A stretch of 64,000 nucleotides of DNA from Candidatus Kapaibacterium sp. (lineage in GTDB: Bacteria; Bacteroidota; Ignavibacteria; Kapaibacteriales; UBA2268): positions 1,152,001 to 1,216,000 of the forward strand of contig OY762428.1 in assembly GCA_963665665.1 (NCBI GenBank), read 5' to 3'. Every line of letters starts with the position of its first letter. Position 1 is the first letter of the stretch. Made by a program: the position numbers and the translations under genes. The notes beneath the pieces were generated by a model, which saw only the letters and a program-made list of their open reading frames with translations, had not been told where the DNA came from and searched no databases. Positions 18,313 to 28,521 of the stretch are shown here, piece after piece.

Positions 18313-19122
18313 ATGAAAAATATTTATACAGTTATTATCACACTTATTTTTTCTTCAATAACCTGCCGGGCTGAACTTCTTTTTGCCCCACCCATTGCTT
18401 CTGTGATCGAGCCCAGAATCGGATCTTTTTACCAGGCAGATGATGAAAGGCTCAGGCTCGACATAGGCTATTCGATGGATATGGCCAGCATTTTAAAAAA
18501 GAATGACTACGAAATGAACTTCGGCGCTGATTTCTTTACTTTCACAAGATTGCGATCTGAAGGTAAAATGAAATTCCCCGTGGAAACAACAGATTTTTTC
18601 TTCGGTGTGAACGTTAGCGGTAAGCAAACTGCCAACAATAATTTTTTTGATTGGCGGCTTCGTCTGGCCCATATATCATCTCACCTTTCAGACGGATACT
18701 CCAACAGTGGAAAGTTTCACTTCGAACCTTACGTTTACAGCCGGGAATTTTTCGATCTGCTGATATCATACAATATGGCATTCGAAAAAAAAATCAATTT
18801 AAGGCCATACGCAGGTATTACATACATATTTTCAACAATACCGGACGATATTGTCAGCTTTATACCTCAGGCCGGAATCGAAACTGAATATTTTCTAACA
18901 GATAAAGTTACTTTGATTGCCGGAGCTGATGTTAAAACGGGTGGTACTGATAAAAACACTGAATTGATATCGAACGTGCAGGCCGGAATAAAGTTTAATG
19001 GCCTTGGCAATACATCCTTGCTTCTTTCTATGTATAAATACGACGGGCCTTCTTTGCACGGACTTTTTTTCCGGGAAAACGACAGCTATTTTGGAATCGG
19101 ATTTCAATTGCTTTTTTATTGA
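18313..19122 (+). CDS. Probable outer-membrane beta-barrel protein (DUF1207-like)
   Basis: Start moved to MKNIY (signal peptide); RLAHISSHLSDG and YSREF motifs; aromatic C-terminus. Confidence 0.65.
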   Translation: MKNIYTVIITLIFSSITCRAELLFAPPIASVIEPRIGSFYQADDERLRLDIGYSMDMASILKKNDYEMNFGADFFTFTRLRSEGKMKFPVETTDFFFGVNVSGKQTANNNFFDWRLRLAHISSHLSDGYSNSGKFHFEPYVYSREFFDLLISYNMAFEKKINLRPYAGITYIFSTIPDDIVSFIPQAGIETEYFLTDKVTLIAGADVKTGGTDKNTELISNVQAGIKFNGLGNTSLLLSMYKYDGPSLHGLFFRENDSYFGIGFQLLFY

Positions 19123-19189
19123 AATTTAAGCATATTGCAATATCATTTATACGCTAATAATATAAATCAGAATAAGGGAGTTAATTAAA

Positions 19190-19669
19190 ATGGCAAGAAG
19201 TCTTAACCGCGCACAGCTTATTGGAAATCTCGGTCAGGATCCGGAGATAAGATCAACTCCGTCGGGAGCATCGGTATGCAATATAAGTGTTGCAACCACA
19301 GATTCCTACAAAGACAGAAACGGCGAATGGCAGGAGCAAACAGAATGGCACAGGGTTGTTCTTTGGAACAGGCTTGCTGATACGGCCGGACAATACTTAA
19401 GAAAAGGAAATAAAGTTTTTATTGAAGGCAAAATTAAAACAAGAGCCTGGGATGACAGAGACGGAAATAAAAGATATACCACCGAAATCTGGGGAGACAG
19501 AATGATTATGATGGGCGGCGGCGGCCAGGACAGCAGCCCCTACGGCCAGGTTCAGCCCCAGCAGCAAAACAATTACAATCAGCAGCCCCAACAGCAGCAG
19601 CAGGGTGGTAATAGTGATTACCTTGCTCCGGATGCTTTCAATGATGAAAATGATGATGTTCCGTTTTAA
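19190..19669 (+). CDS. ssb: Single-stranded DNA-binding protein
   Basis: LIGNLGQDPE, TEWHRVV, Gln-rich linker, C-terminal DDVPF. Confidence 0.97.
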   Translation: MARSLNRAQLIGNLGQDPEIRSTPSGASVCNISVATTDSYKDRNGEWQEQTEWHRVVLWNRLADTAGQYLRKGNKVFIEGKIKTRAWDDRDGNKRYTTEIWGDRMIMMGGGGQDSSPYGQVQPQQQNNYNQQPQQQQQGGNSDYLAPDAFNDENDDVPF

Positions 19670-19686
19670 GGAATAAAGAATTGTTC

Positions 19687-19718
19687 AAAAATAGAGCGGC
19701 AATCCGCTCTATTTTTTT
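19687..19718 (+). terminator. Rho-independent (bidirectional-type) terminator
   Basis: aaaaatagagcgg-caat-ccgctctattttt. Confidence 0.8.
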
Positions 19719-19749
19719 CTTTGCATATCAAATTGCTGACATTTAAATT

Positions 19750-20202
19750 ATGAAAATACTTCAGTACAACGTAGAATTGAAACCAAGATCCCGCGGCTAT
19801 CATATCATCACCTCGGATGTTGAATATCAATGCCCCGGCCTCAGGAATGTGAAAGCAGGCCTGGCACATATTTTTATCATGCATACAAGCGCCGGATTAT
19901 CTATAAACGAAAATGCAGACCCTTCGGTCAGAGATGACTTCGAAACTTTTTTCAACAGGCTTGTTCCCGAAGATACGAAGCTTTTTCGCCATACAATGGA
20001 AGGGCCGGACGACATGACATCACACATAAAATCCTCTCTTACAGGTTCTTCGGTTTGTGTCCCCGTAAGTAACGGAAAATTTGCACTTGGAACATGGCAG
20101 GGAATTTATCTTTGCGAATTTAGAAATCACGGAGGCAGCAGAAATCTTACCGTTACGATAATCGGCGATGAAATGAATTCATTCAGGCGAAAAGATACTT
20201 GA
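19750..20202 (+). CDS. yjbQ: YjbQ / UPF0047 family protein
   Basis: HTSAGLSINENADPSV, EGPDDM.SHIKS and LGTWQGIYLCEF motifs. Confidence 0.92.
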   Translation: MKILQYNVELKPRSRGYHIITSDVEYQCPGLRNVKAGLAHIFIMHTSAGLSINENADPSVRDDFETFFNRLVPEDTKLFRHTMEGPDDMTSHIKSSLTGSSVCVPVSNGKFALGTWQGIYLCEFRNHGGSRNLTVTIIGDEMNSFRRKDT

Positions 20203-20214
20203 TTGGAATTGAAA

Positions 20215-20901
20215 ATGAAAAATAAAACAGCAGTAGTATTAATGAGTGGCGGTATGGACTCTGCTCTATGTGCAGCAATAGCAAGATCACGTGGTTTTAA
20301 TATTGCTGCTCTGCACACAAATTACGGACAAAAAACAGAATTGAGAGAATTAGAATCTTTTAACAGGCTATGCTCGTTTTATGAAATAGATAAAAAATTG
20401 GTTGTTGATATTAATTACCTGAAACAAATCGGCGATTCAAGCCTGACTGATGAAAGAATTAATATTGATGACGCTAATTTAGACAGCACTGATATACCTT
20501 CAAGCTATGTCCCATTCAGAAATGGCAACCTCCTATCCATTGCAGCATCATGGGCAGAATCAATTGGTGCCAGAGCAATATTTATTGGAGCAATAGAGCA
20601 GGACAGCAGCGGCTATCCCGATTGTCGTTTGTCATTCATAGAACAAATGGAAAAAGCCGTTAACCTTGGTACAAAGCCCGAAACGAATATAAAAATCATT
20701 GCTCCGCTTGTTGATATGGCAAAATCCGAAATTGTTACAGAGGGTATGAAACTTGGCCTTCCGTTTGAACTGACCTGGAGTTGCTACAAACAATCAGGAA
20801 AGGCTTGTGGTGTTTGTGACTCCTGCGCACTCAGGCTTCGCGGATTCAGAAAAGCAGGATTCCGGGACCCTCTGGAATACGAAACACGGCCACGATATTG
20901 A
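20215..20901 (+). CDS. queC: 7-cyano-7-deazaguanine synthase QueC
   Basis: SGGMDS, YGQK, YVPFRN, GYPDCR and TWSCY...CGVCDSC motifs. Confidence 0.96.
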   Translation: MKNKTAVVLMSGGMDSALCAAIARSRGFNIAALHTNYGQKTELRELESFNRLCSFYEIDKKLVVDINYLKQIGDSSLTDERINIDDANLDSTDIPSSYVPFRNGNLLSIAASWAESIGARAIFIGAIEQDSSGYPDCRLSFIEQMEKAVNLGTKPETNIKIIAPLVDMAKSEIVTEGMKLGLPFELTWSCYKQSGKACGVCDSCALRLRGFRKAGFRDPLEYETRPRY

Positions 20902-20957
20902 TTTTATCAATATTTATTATAATTTTAAAAAAAACTTAAAATTATTTACATAAACCA

Positions 20958-21017
20958 TTGTTTTTTTTGATAAAAAGATTTATATTTGTTTTCTTGTTTG
21001 AATAGAATGTTCAAACA
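20958..21017 (+). promoter_or_regulatory. FCB-type promoter (TTG-N20-TATATTTG) followed by palindrome TGTTTGAA-N7-TTCAAACA
   Basis: TATATTTG at 20981-20988; perfect 8-bp inverted repeat at 20995-21017, upstream of rpsD. Confidence 0.5.
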
Positions 21018-21067
21018 CTTTACAATTGAAGAACAAATTAAATATAAAATATTAAGAGCGTAATAAG

Positions 21068-21670
21068 ATGAATTACAACGGACCAAAAGTAAAAATTTCA
21101 AGAAAACTTAGCATCAACCTTTCAGCAAAGGCTGCCAAGGTAGCTCAGAAAAAATCATATCCTCCCGGACAGCATGGAAATTCCAGGCGTCGCATGAAAC
21201 AATCTGACTACGGCCGTCAGCTTCTGGAGAAACAGCGTCTGCGCCTGCAGTACAACATTTCAGAAAAACAGATGCGCAACTACTACAAAAAAGCTACAAA
21301 ACTTACAGGTAACACAGGTGAATTGCTTGTACAGCTGCTTGAATCAAGGCTTGATGCACTTGTTTATCGTTCAGGATTAGCCACTACAATTTGGGCTGCC
21401 AGGCAATATGTAAATCACGGGCACATAAAAGTTAACGGCAGAAGGGTAAATATTCCTTCCTATAACGTAAAAATTAACGACGTTATTTCTGTTAAAGAAA
21501 AAAGCCAGAAACTTGATTGTTTCCAGGATGCAATCAGGAATTCCGCCTGCCCGGCATATCTTGAAGTATCAAAAGCAGACTTTACTGCAAAATATCTTTA
21601 CAAACCGGAAAGAGAAGAAGTTCCGATTGAATGTGAAGTTCCACTCGTTATCGAGTTCTATTCACGTTAA
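21068..21670 (+). CDS. rpsD: 30S ribosomal protein S4 (stand-alone)
   Basis: YPPGQHG, SDYGRQLLEKQ, LESRLD, ARQYVNHGH and VIEFYSR motifs. Confidence 0.96.
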   Translation: MNYNGPKVKISRKLSINLSAKAAKVAQKKSYPPGQHGNSRRRMKQSDYGRQLLEKQRLRLQYNISEKQMRNYYKKATKLTGNTGELLVQLLESRLDALVYRSGLATTIWAARQYVNHGHIKVNGRRVNIPSYNVKINDVISVKEKSQKLDCFQDAIRNSACPAYLEVSKADFTAKYLYKPEREEVPIECEVPLVIEFYSR

Positions 21671-21685
21671 TTTCAACTTTTTTTT

Positions 21686-21723
21686 AAAAAAACCTTTCGA
21701 ATTTTAATTCGAAAGGTTTTTTT
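21686..21723 (+). terminator. Rho-independent terminator after rpsD
   Basis: aaaaaaacctttcgaa...ttcgaaaggttttttt. Confidence 0.85.
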
Positions 21724-21885
21724 ATTTGGATTATTCGCTAAAAATAATATTTTCGCAGAAAATAAAATACAACAATGTTGTTGAGTAGTTTTTTAGTTTT
21801 TAAATAATTTTCTTTTTTCTTGCTGCTTTAACAAAAATTGTTATTATCAAGATATACTTTTTTGAAATATTACGTGAGGCTGATT

Positions 21886-22125
21886 ATGTTTTGGACACCT
21901 GAATTGGCACAGAGCCTTGAGGATGCTCCCTGGCCGGCAACAAAAGAAGAACTTTTCGATTATGCCAGCAGGACCGGGTGCCCTATGCAAGTTCTTGAAA
22001 ATCTGATGGAATTGGACGATACTGACGAACTTATTGAAGGTATGGAAGACCTCTGGCCGGAATATGAAGATATGGCCAACGAGGAATACTTTTATAACGA
22101 TGACGAGGAAGAGCAATACTTCTAA
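21886..22125 (+). CDS. DUF2795-family small acidic protein
   Basis: MFWTPELA..LEDAPWPATKEEL.DYA.RTG.P..V.ENL; start moved to the ATG at 21886. Confidence 0.85.
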   Translation: MFWTPELAQSLEDAPWPATKEELFDYASRTGCPMQVLENLMELDDTDELIEGMEDLWPEYEDMANEEYFYNDDEEEQYF

Positions 22126-22194
22126 CTACTTTATCGCCGGCGGCGCTTATCTTAATTACATGCAGCCGGCCTTATTAATTTATATTATACATTA

Positions 22195-24495
22195 TTGCTT
22201 ATGCTGATCAGGATATCCAATATATTCATCCTGATGATATTATTATCATTTAGCACCATCGTTGCACAAAATAACAATGGTTCTTACGGGTTAATTCCGT
22301 CCCGTTATGAAAGCCTTCTGTACGAAATAGGGGAAATCAGGATTAGCGGTAATACGCACTTCAATTACGAGCAAATTTCAAACGTTATTAATTCCAGGGC
22401 CACAAGCCGAAGCATATCCCACAGGTTAATGCAATCTTTTTATAATGAGATCATCCGGATAAACTCCACACCGGACCAATTATTAACCATTCTAAGAAAA
22501 AACTTAAGGGGCAGGGCTGATGAAATTCGTTTTTTCAACAGTATAACTGCCGATGCAGATGCTGAATCCATAGAAAACCTGTATAGAAAAAACGGCTTTC
22601 ACGACGCAAAGGTCAGTTATTCTTTTCATGCAGATTCTTCGATTATGGAAAATATTTTGGAATTTCATGTTAACGAAGGTAAAAGAGCTTTCATTTCCAG
22701 CATGAATTTCCTTGGTTTAATGGATTTAAAACCTAACCTGCATAATAGAATAATATCTGCAATTAAAATTAAGGAAGGAGACCCGTTTAGTGAAAACTCC
22801 ATTATGTCTGATATAAACAGAGTCCGGAATATTCTTCTGGATAACGGTTATTTTTTTGCAACCTATACCTCGCCTCCGCTGGTCTTTCGCGATACTGCAA
22901 ATTATAAGGACAGTATAGTTGTAACTTTCAAAACAGGCAAACCTCAGAAAATCGGTGATATATCCATAATTGACAGCACCAGGGGACAACCGAAGATACA
23001 GGGGAAATTAATTCGTCAGCAATTGCTTATCGAACCCGGCGACCTTTACAAAAGAAGCAGGATATTGCAGTCCGAAGAAAACCTCAGGTTTCTGAACATA
23101 TTTGCTTTTGTTTCTATTGATACGAGTTCGGAATTCGAGCCGATGACCGATTCAACACTGAATTTCAAGGTACATACCCAATACAGGAAAATGAGAGACT
23201 GGGGATTCGGTTTATTTATTAACCGTACAGCTTTCGATAAAATCACGAACCTTGGCCTGGAAGGTTCATTCACACATAGGAATTTACTGAACAAAGCCCA
23301 GACATTCAATCCGTTTGTAAGGGTGGTTCTTAAAGACCTGTCAAGAACAATAGAAGGGCAAAAGCCCGAATTCGAAGTGCAGGCAGGTATTAAATACGGT
23401 CAGCCTGTTTTATGGACACCTTCGCATGCAAAGGTAGGAGTTTACGCTACACCACTTTTTTCTATTCGTTCTATAAGCCTGATTCAGGACAATTCATTTA
23501 ATCTTTATACTTTTTCATTTCCAATTAAATTTCCTGTTCAACAGCCTCAGTGGACATATTTCAACAACATATCCTTCGATTTTACATTCGAAAGGCAGTG
23601 GCCCTCAGGATTCCAGGAAGCAATCAACAGTTCACTGGATTCCGCAAGTACAGATGAAGACAGGGAGAAAATAATCGGCCCGCTGTTATTATATGATAAT
23701 CTCGACAAATATATTAACGGAAACAATTCAAAATGGTATGCCCTTACTGCCAATCTGATAGGTATCAGCCTGACAGCCGACCACAGGGACAACCTGTTTT
23801 CTCCTACCCGTGGAGATTTTGCATCAATTTCGGCTGATGCGTGGAACCCGCTTTTTATATTCTCGGATGAACTCGGAGGTATTGCCAAATATGTAAGACT
23901 ACAATTTGCATATTACTGGTTCAAAAAAATATCTAAACGAAACGTTTTTGCATTCAAAGGAAAATTCGGCGGTATCTGGCAGATAGATAAAGAAAATTCA
24001 TACGTGCCATTTGAAAGGCAATTTTTTGCAGGAGGAGCTAATAGTATCCGTGGCTGGTCTTCCAGAAAATTAAGATATTCCGTACTTCAACCCGATTCAT
24101 CTGATTTATATGAATTTGTACAGGATTTTGTAGGTAATGCCGGAATAATCGAAAGTTCAGCCGAATTCAGGTTTAAATTCACTCCTCCATCGAAATGGGG
24201 TAATTTCTGGAAAGAACAAATTTCAGCTCTCGGGCTGACAGTTTTTGTTGATGTTGGAAATGCATTCGACTGGTTTGCTGACGACGAAACAAAGATGGAA
24301 ATTTCTGATTACTTCACCAAACTTGCAGTTGCAGGAGGTTTTGGCCTTAGATATGACACTCCCGTCGGCCCTTTCAGAATTGATTTTGCCTGGCCTGTTT
24401 ACAATCCGAACAATCCGGATAACCCAACCATTTTCACCCAGGAAGGATTTATGAATAAAATGCAGTTCCATATCGCTCTTGGCCATGCATTCTAA
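22195..24495 (+). CDS. Omp85 family (BamA/TamA-like) outer-membrane protein
   Basis: POTRA-like repeats; FFAGGANSIRGW, GFGLRYDTPVGPFRIDFA and C-terminal HIALGHAF. Confidence 0.92.
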   Translation: MLMLIRISNIFILMILLSFSTIVAQNNNGSYGLIPSRYESLLYEIGEIRISGNTHFNYEQISNVINSRATSRSISHRLMQSFYNEIIRINSTPDQLLTILRKNLRGRADEIRFFNSITADADAESIENLYRKNGFHDAKVSYSFHADSSIMENILEFHVNEGKRAFISSMNFLGLMDLKPNLHNRIISAIKIKEGDPFSENSIMSDINRVRNILLDNGYFFATYTSPPLVFRDTANYKDSIVVTFKTGKPQKIGDISIIDSTRGQPKIQGKLIRQQLLIEPGDLYKRSRILQSEENLRFLNIFAFVSIDTSSEFEPMTDSTLNFKVHTQYRKMRDWGFGLFINRTAFDKITNLGLEGSFTHRNLLNKAQTFNPFVRVVLKDLSRTIEGQKPEFEVQAGIKYGQPVLWTPSHAKVGVYATPLFSIRSISLIQDNSFNLYTFSFPIKFPVQQPQWTYFNNISFDFTFERQWPSGFQEAINSSLDSASTDEDREKIIGPLLLYDNLDKYINGNNSKWYALTANLIGISLTADHRDNLFSPTRGDFASISADAWNPLFIFSDELGGIAKYVRLQFAYYWFKKISKRNVFAFKGKFGGIWQIDKENSYVPFERQFFAGGANSIRGWSSRKLRYSVLQPDSSDLYEFVQDFVGNAGIIESSAEFRFKFTPPSKWGNFWKEQISALGLTVFVDVGNAFDWFADDETKMEISDYFTKLAVAGGFGLRYDTPVGPFRIDFAWPVYNPNNPDNPTIFTQEGFMNKMQFHIALGHAF

Positions 24496-24567
24496 GATTT
24501 TGCAACAATTCATTCTAAAATGCGTAATATTTCCAGTAGGACTTTTTTTATTATCGGGGACATATTG

Positions 24568-25506
24568 ATGAAATACAGACACATACTTTTTTTATTGTTG
24601 GCCGGATTATTTATTGTTTCACCTGCAATTGCTAATGACGATGAAGAATTTGATGTAAAATTCGATGATGAAGAAAGCAATAAAAGCTGGGATGAGCATG
24701 TTTTTAACGAATGGGATTTTGACAGATTCAAGAGTTTCGAGCATCTGAAGGAATCCTCAACAATAGAGATCAGTTCAGGTATTGCCATACCTGACATACA
24801 TGATAATGTTTATAAACCGGATTTTAAAATGCCTGTTATTATGGACTTAAGGCTTGGATCCGTTCAGATCAGGGAATCAGGTAAAAAAAATGAACTCGTA
24901 AAATACAATTTTGATTATATCTTTATTGACAATGCAAATAAAGACATAGGAATATATGATGAAAAAGACGAACAATTAGGTATCCAGCTTTGGCGATTTG
25001 GATTTACTGACAGAACCGGATATGGCTGGTCTCTTGGAGACAATGCACACTTCGCCTTGTACAAAGGTGCCGGTTTTTCCTGGACAAAAATTGATTTAGA
25101 TAACATTGCAGATACAAATATGGCTATTCTTGCAATGCCTTTGGATAAATTTAATGACCGTTTCTCCTTTTCAAGGCATTTTGAAGCCGGAATGAATTTA
25201 AGATTTATGAAGAACCTTGCTTTGAATACCGGATTTGAAAGAACTGTGGTAATGCCCCGGCATTTATTCTGGTACTGGTCAGGTAGTGAAATAATTGAAG
25301 CTATAGGAAATGGCCTTCTTGATAGTTTTATAAGTAAAGTCAGAAAATCATCCCCGGAGCTGGCACCAATTGTCTATTTTGTATTAAAGAACGGTTTTGC
25401 TTACGGCATGTCCGAATTAAAAAGAAGCAACATGAATTGGCCGTTTTCAACTCCTGAGCCTTTTATTTATGATAATATCAAAGTTGGCATATCTTTTATG
25501 TTCTAA
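24568..25506 (+). CDS. Hypothetical probable outer-membrane protein (paralog 1)
   Basis: Signal peptide MKYRHILF..., beta-rich body, C-terminal VGISFMF beta-signal. Confidence 0.7.
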   Translation: MKYRHILFLLLAGLFIVSPAIANDDEEFDVKFDDEESNKSWDEHVFNEWDFDRFKSFEHLKESSTIEISSGIAIPDIHDNVYKPDFKMPVIMDLRLGSVQIRESGKKNELVKYNFDYIFIDNANKDIGIYDEKDEQLGIQLWRFGFTDRTGYGWSLGDNAHFALYKGAGFSWTKIDLDNIADTNMAILAMPLDKFNDRFSFSRHFEAGMNLRFMKNLALNTGFERTVVMPRHLFWYWSGSEIIEAIGNGLLDSFISKVRKSSPELAPIVYFVLKNGFAYGMSELKRSNMNWPFSTPEPFIYDNIKVGISFMF

Positions 25507-25584
25507 ACAGACCGAAAAAATATGATATTTTTCAAAAAATGATTACTTTTGTGGCGCTCATTGTTGGGCGCCATAAATATTTGT

Positions 25585-26466
25585 ATGAGGAAATTGTTAT
25601 ACATATCGATTATTATCTTATTATCTTCTGCAGCTTTTGCTGAAGAGAGAGGCGACACGTCCGAAACTTCATTCGATGCTTTCCTGAAAAAACTCTATGA
25701 AAAACCCAACTTTGTAAAAAACAGGACAACTCTTGACGTGCATTATGGTGCATCTGCTGTGAGCTATCCGGCCGGAGTCCTGAGAAATGATTTTGCTTCC
25801 GCTTACCCGGCAGGTTTGGGATATGGCTTTACCAGGTTTGATGATAAGCAGCCAATCGATGATATATTCTATTATGCTTCGGAATTTGTATTTATTAGGA
25901 ACAATTCATCACATTTCAAACCAGCAACGTTCGAAAAGGATGGAATAACAACGGACAGCTGGCATTTCGGCGGAGGGATTAGCAACGGCTACGGCTACGG
26001 AAGCGAAGAACATGAGTTTTTCTTTTTCCACACCGGACGCTTCATCTGGAGCAGAATTGATATCGAACTTTACCCCTTGAATCCTTTCGACAGTTCAGCA
26101 TTGAAGCAGGTAGATGAAAATTATAAATTTGGAAGCTCATGGAGCGGCGGTATCAAATATCATCTAACAGGGCCTGTATTTCTTAGCGCAGAATACGAGC
26201 ACGTACTTGTTAATACAGACTTTCATTTTGGTAAATGGTTTGGCTCCTGGGCAATTGAAAACCTGTCCCAACGATGGATAGACTTTTTTGAAGAAGGCAT
26301 GATGAAAAGTTATGGGAAAAATTGGCCCTGGGTGAACTGGGTAATAAAAAATTCCTTATCGCTGGCTTTGTACGAATTAAGAAGAAACAACGTCAATTGG
26401 CCTTTTGACTCCCGTGAAGCCCTTAGTTTTAATACTTTCAGGGCTGGTATTACATTTGTGTTTTAA
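25585..26466 (+). CDS. Hypothetical probable outer-membrane protein (paralog 2)
   Basis: Signal peptide MRKLLY..AFA, C-terminal AGITFVF; shares KN...EL.R.N.NWPF with paralog 1. Confidence 0.7.
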   Translation: MRKLLYISIIILLSSAAFAEERGDTSETSFDAFLKKLYEKPNFVKNRTTLDVHYGASAVSYPAGVLRNDFASAYPAGLGYGFTRFDDKQPIDDIFYYASEFVFIRNNSSHFKPATFEKDGITTDSWHFGGGISNGYGYGSEEHEFFFFHTGRFIWSRIDIELYPLNPFDSSALKQVDENYKFGSSWSGGIKYHLTGPVFLSAEYEHVLVNTDFHFGKWFGSWAIENLSQRWIDFFEEGMMKSYGKNWPWVNWVIKNSLSLALYELRRNNVNWPFDSREALSFNTFRAGITFVF

Positions 26467-26690
26467 ACTCCTTTAAGCGCTTTTTGAAGCTTAGCATCAT
26501 CAAATTCATACGAGAACAAAGACCTAAGTGGAAATTTTTTGGACGCCTGAAGTATTTCTATGCCCACCACTTCGTTTTTCTCTGTCATGTCAATCATTAC
26601 ACCCTCGACTATTTCCACAGCCCCTGAAGGTTCTTTTTCCGATAGCTGGATATATGCAGCATCTACTTCTTTGTCGTAATTAATTTTCAT
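26463..26690 (-). CDS. DUF2283-family protein (putative antitoxin)
   Basis: MKINYDKEVDAAYIQL...VVGIEILQAS pattern. Confidence 0.85.
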   Translation of the reverse strand: MKINYDKEVDAAYIQLSEKEPSGAVEIVEGVMIDMTEKNEVVGIEILQASKKFPLRSLFSYEFDDAKLQKALKGV

Positions 26691-26935
26691 TTCTTCTTTC
26701 CTTTTCTTAAAGGGTGTACGCTAATCAGTATAATTTTTTCCGGATTCACGAACCTGAAAACAACCCGTAGCGGATATTTTCTCATCCCGGAAGGCAATCC
26801 TTCAACCTGGAAACATATTCGGTTTTTATCAGGTTCTTCTTCGATAGCTTTATCAACTATCCGCAGTATATCATCATACTTTATATTGTATATATCTGCT
26901 CTTCTTTCTGCGTGCCTTGATAAAACCAGTTCCAT
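26687..26935 (-). CDS. DUF4258-like protein (putative RelE-like toxin)
   Basis: LSRHAERRA...LRVVF...ILISVHP; ATGA overlap with the DUF2283 gene. Confidence 0.65.
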   Translation of the reverse strand: MELVLSRHAERRADIYNIKYDDILRIVDKAIEEEPDKNRICFQVEGLPSGMRKYPLRVVFRFVNPEKIILISVHPLRKGKKK

Positions 26936-26997
26936 CTTGTATTGCTCATTGAAAAATCAACCATCTCAATTATAAACTTTAAAAATGTAAAATTATT

Positions 26998-28521
26998 TTA
27001 TTCTCCCAGCAGCCTTTTAATCATTACCCCGGCAGATACATCCTTAGGAGACGGTGCATTGGAAGAATAAATCTGAGAATAGCGATCAATTAACACATAC
27101 CGGGGAATGCCCGTTAAACTGAAGTATTTCGCAATCTCTGATTTCAACCCCTCAGGAACAACAACCACCCTGATATCAACAAGTTCTCTTTCTTCAAGAT
27201 ATTTTTTCACTTTACCGGCATCAGGCTCGAAAGCAATACTGATTATTTCCAGATCATCAGCTATATATGAATCATGCAATACTTTTAGGTATGGAATTGA
27301 TTCCACACAATACCTGCAGTTTGTTGACCAAAAGTTCAGATATAATACTTTTCCCTTCAGGTCTTTTAGTGTGAACTCATTTCCTTCGCTATCCTTCAAA
27401 ACTATATCATCGGGAACATCAGAACCGGGAACCAACCTTTTCATTTTTTCATACATGGCTTCCAGAGGCTTTAAATACTTTTCTTTGTCATTACATTTCT
27501 TTGCATACTGCTCTATAACCAGGCCTGCATGTTTGAACATACTTTTCGCCTTGGCCTTGTACATTATCTCCCTGCTCGGTTTTATTCTGAGAGTTTCATT
27601 TATCTGGTCACGAACTATCATAGCTCCGACAATATCATAGGCCTTACCTTTAAAAATATTTGCATACCTTTCCAATAAGAAATAATACCTTTTTGCCGGC
27701 GAAACATCCCTGCTGTTTTTAATTTTTTCGAGGCGGTCAATAAATTGCTTCTGATACATATACGACATAGCCATCATTACAAAGCGAATATTACTTTCAG
27801 GATCCGGATTGTTAAAATCTATTTCATAAATAAAATCAAAGAAATTACTGTCCAGTACGGGAAAATTATTTTTCAGATCAGCATCACGGTACTTTGCTGG
27901 ATACTGGGAAAGATTCATCACCCAGCGATAATCAATTTCGGCCCTGATAAATTTCAGGAAATCAGAGCTCAGATTCATTTCTCTGCGTTTTTTTTCAAGC
28001 ATGGCAAGCATTTTTTCACGGCGCAGATCAATATACTCCCGGAATTCATCCTGAGGCAGTGAAAATGATTTCTCGAATTCCTGCCTTTTAGCTCTGTCAA
28101 TATCGAATTCTTCAGAAAAGTAATGTAAAAACATATTGGCATCCGACCAATTGGCGGCAATATCCATAAAATATCCACCGCCGCTTTGAGCATTGATTTC
28201 AAGTTCAACACTATCACCCGGTTCAAGATATTTATTTCCGAAAACCCACCTGCGGCCATTTTTAAGATAAAATTCCACGGGCGCGTTGATATCCATCTTA
28301 ATTTCGAAACTCCCGTCAGTTGATATAACAGTTGAATCAATTGTCTGCTTCTGTAATATCCAGTTTATTTGGGAATCATAATAACCTGCATACATTTTAT
28401 CGAACTGGTAATTTCTGATATGCCCTTTTATTATTGTCTCTTTTGCAGAAACAAATACTGAAGCATAAGAAATAGTTAATAGCCAAATTAAAGCCTTGAG
28501 ATATAAGCTGTGATTGCCCAA
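26998..28521 (-). CDS. Exported TlpA/redoxin-domain protein
   Basis: Signal peptide; LKGKVLYLNFWSTNCRYC (CxxC) and GIPRYVLID. Confidence 0.85.
   Translation of the reverse strand: MGNHSLYLKALIWLLTISYASVFVSAKETIIKGHIRNYQFDKMYAGYYDSQINWILQKQTIDSTVISTDGSFEIKMDINAPVEFYLKNGRRWVFGNKYLEPGDSVELEINAQSGGGYFMDIAANWSDANMFLHYFSEEFDIDRAKRQEFEKSFSLPQDEFREYIDLRREKMLAMLEKKRREMNLSSDFLKFIRAEIDYRWVMNLSQYPAKYRDADLKNNFPVLDSNFFDFIYEIDFNNPDPESNIRFVMMAMSYMYQKQFIDRLEKIKNSRDVSPAKRYYFLLERYANIFKGKAYDIVGAMIVRDQINETLRIKPSREIMYKAKAKSMFKHAGLVIEQYAKKCNDKEKYLKPLEAMYEKMKRLVPGSDVPDDIVLKDSEGNEFTLKDLKGKVLYLNFWSTNCRYCVESIPYLKVLHDSYIADDLEIISIAFEPDAGKVKKYLEERELVDIRVVVVPEGLKSEIAKYFSLTGIPRYVLIDRYSQIYSSNAPSPKDVSAGVMIKRLLGE

Noticed and set aside
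19540-19605. CAG-rich repeats in ssb
   Set aside because: Normal low-complexity SSB linker
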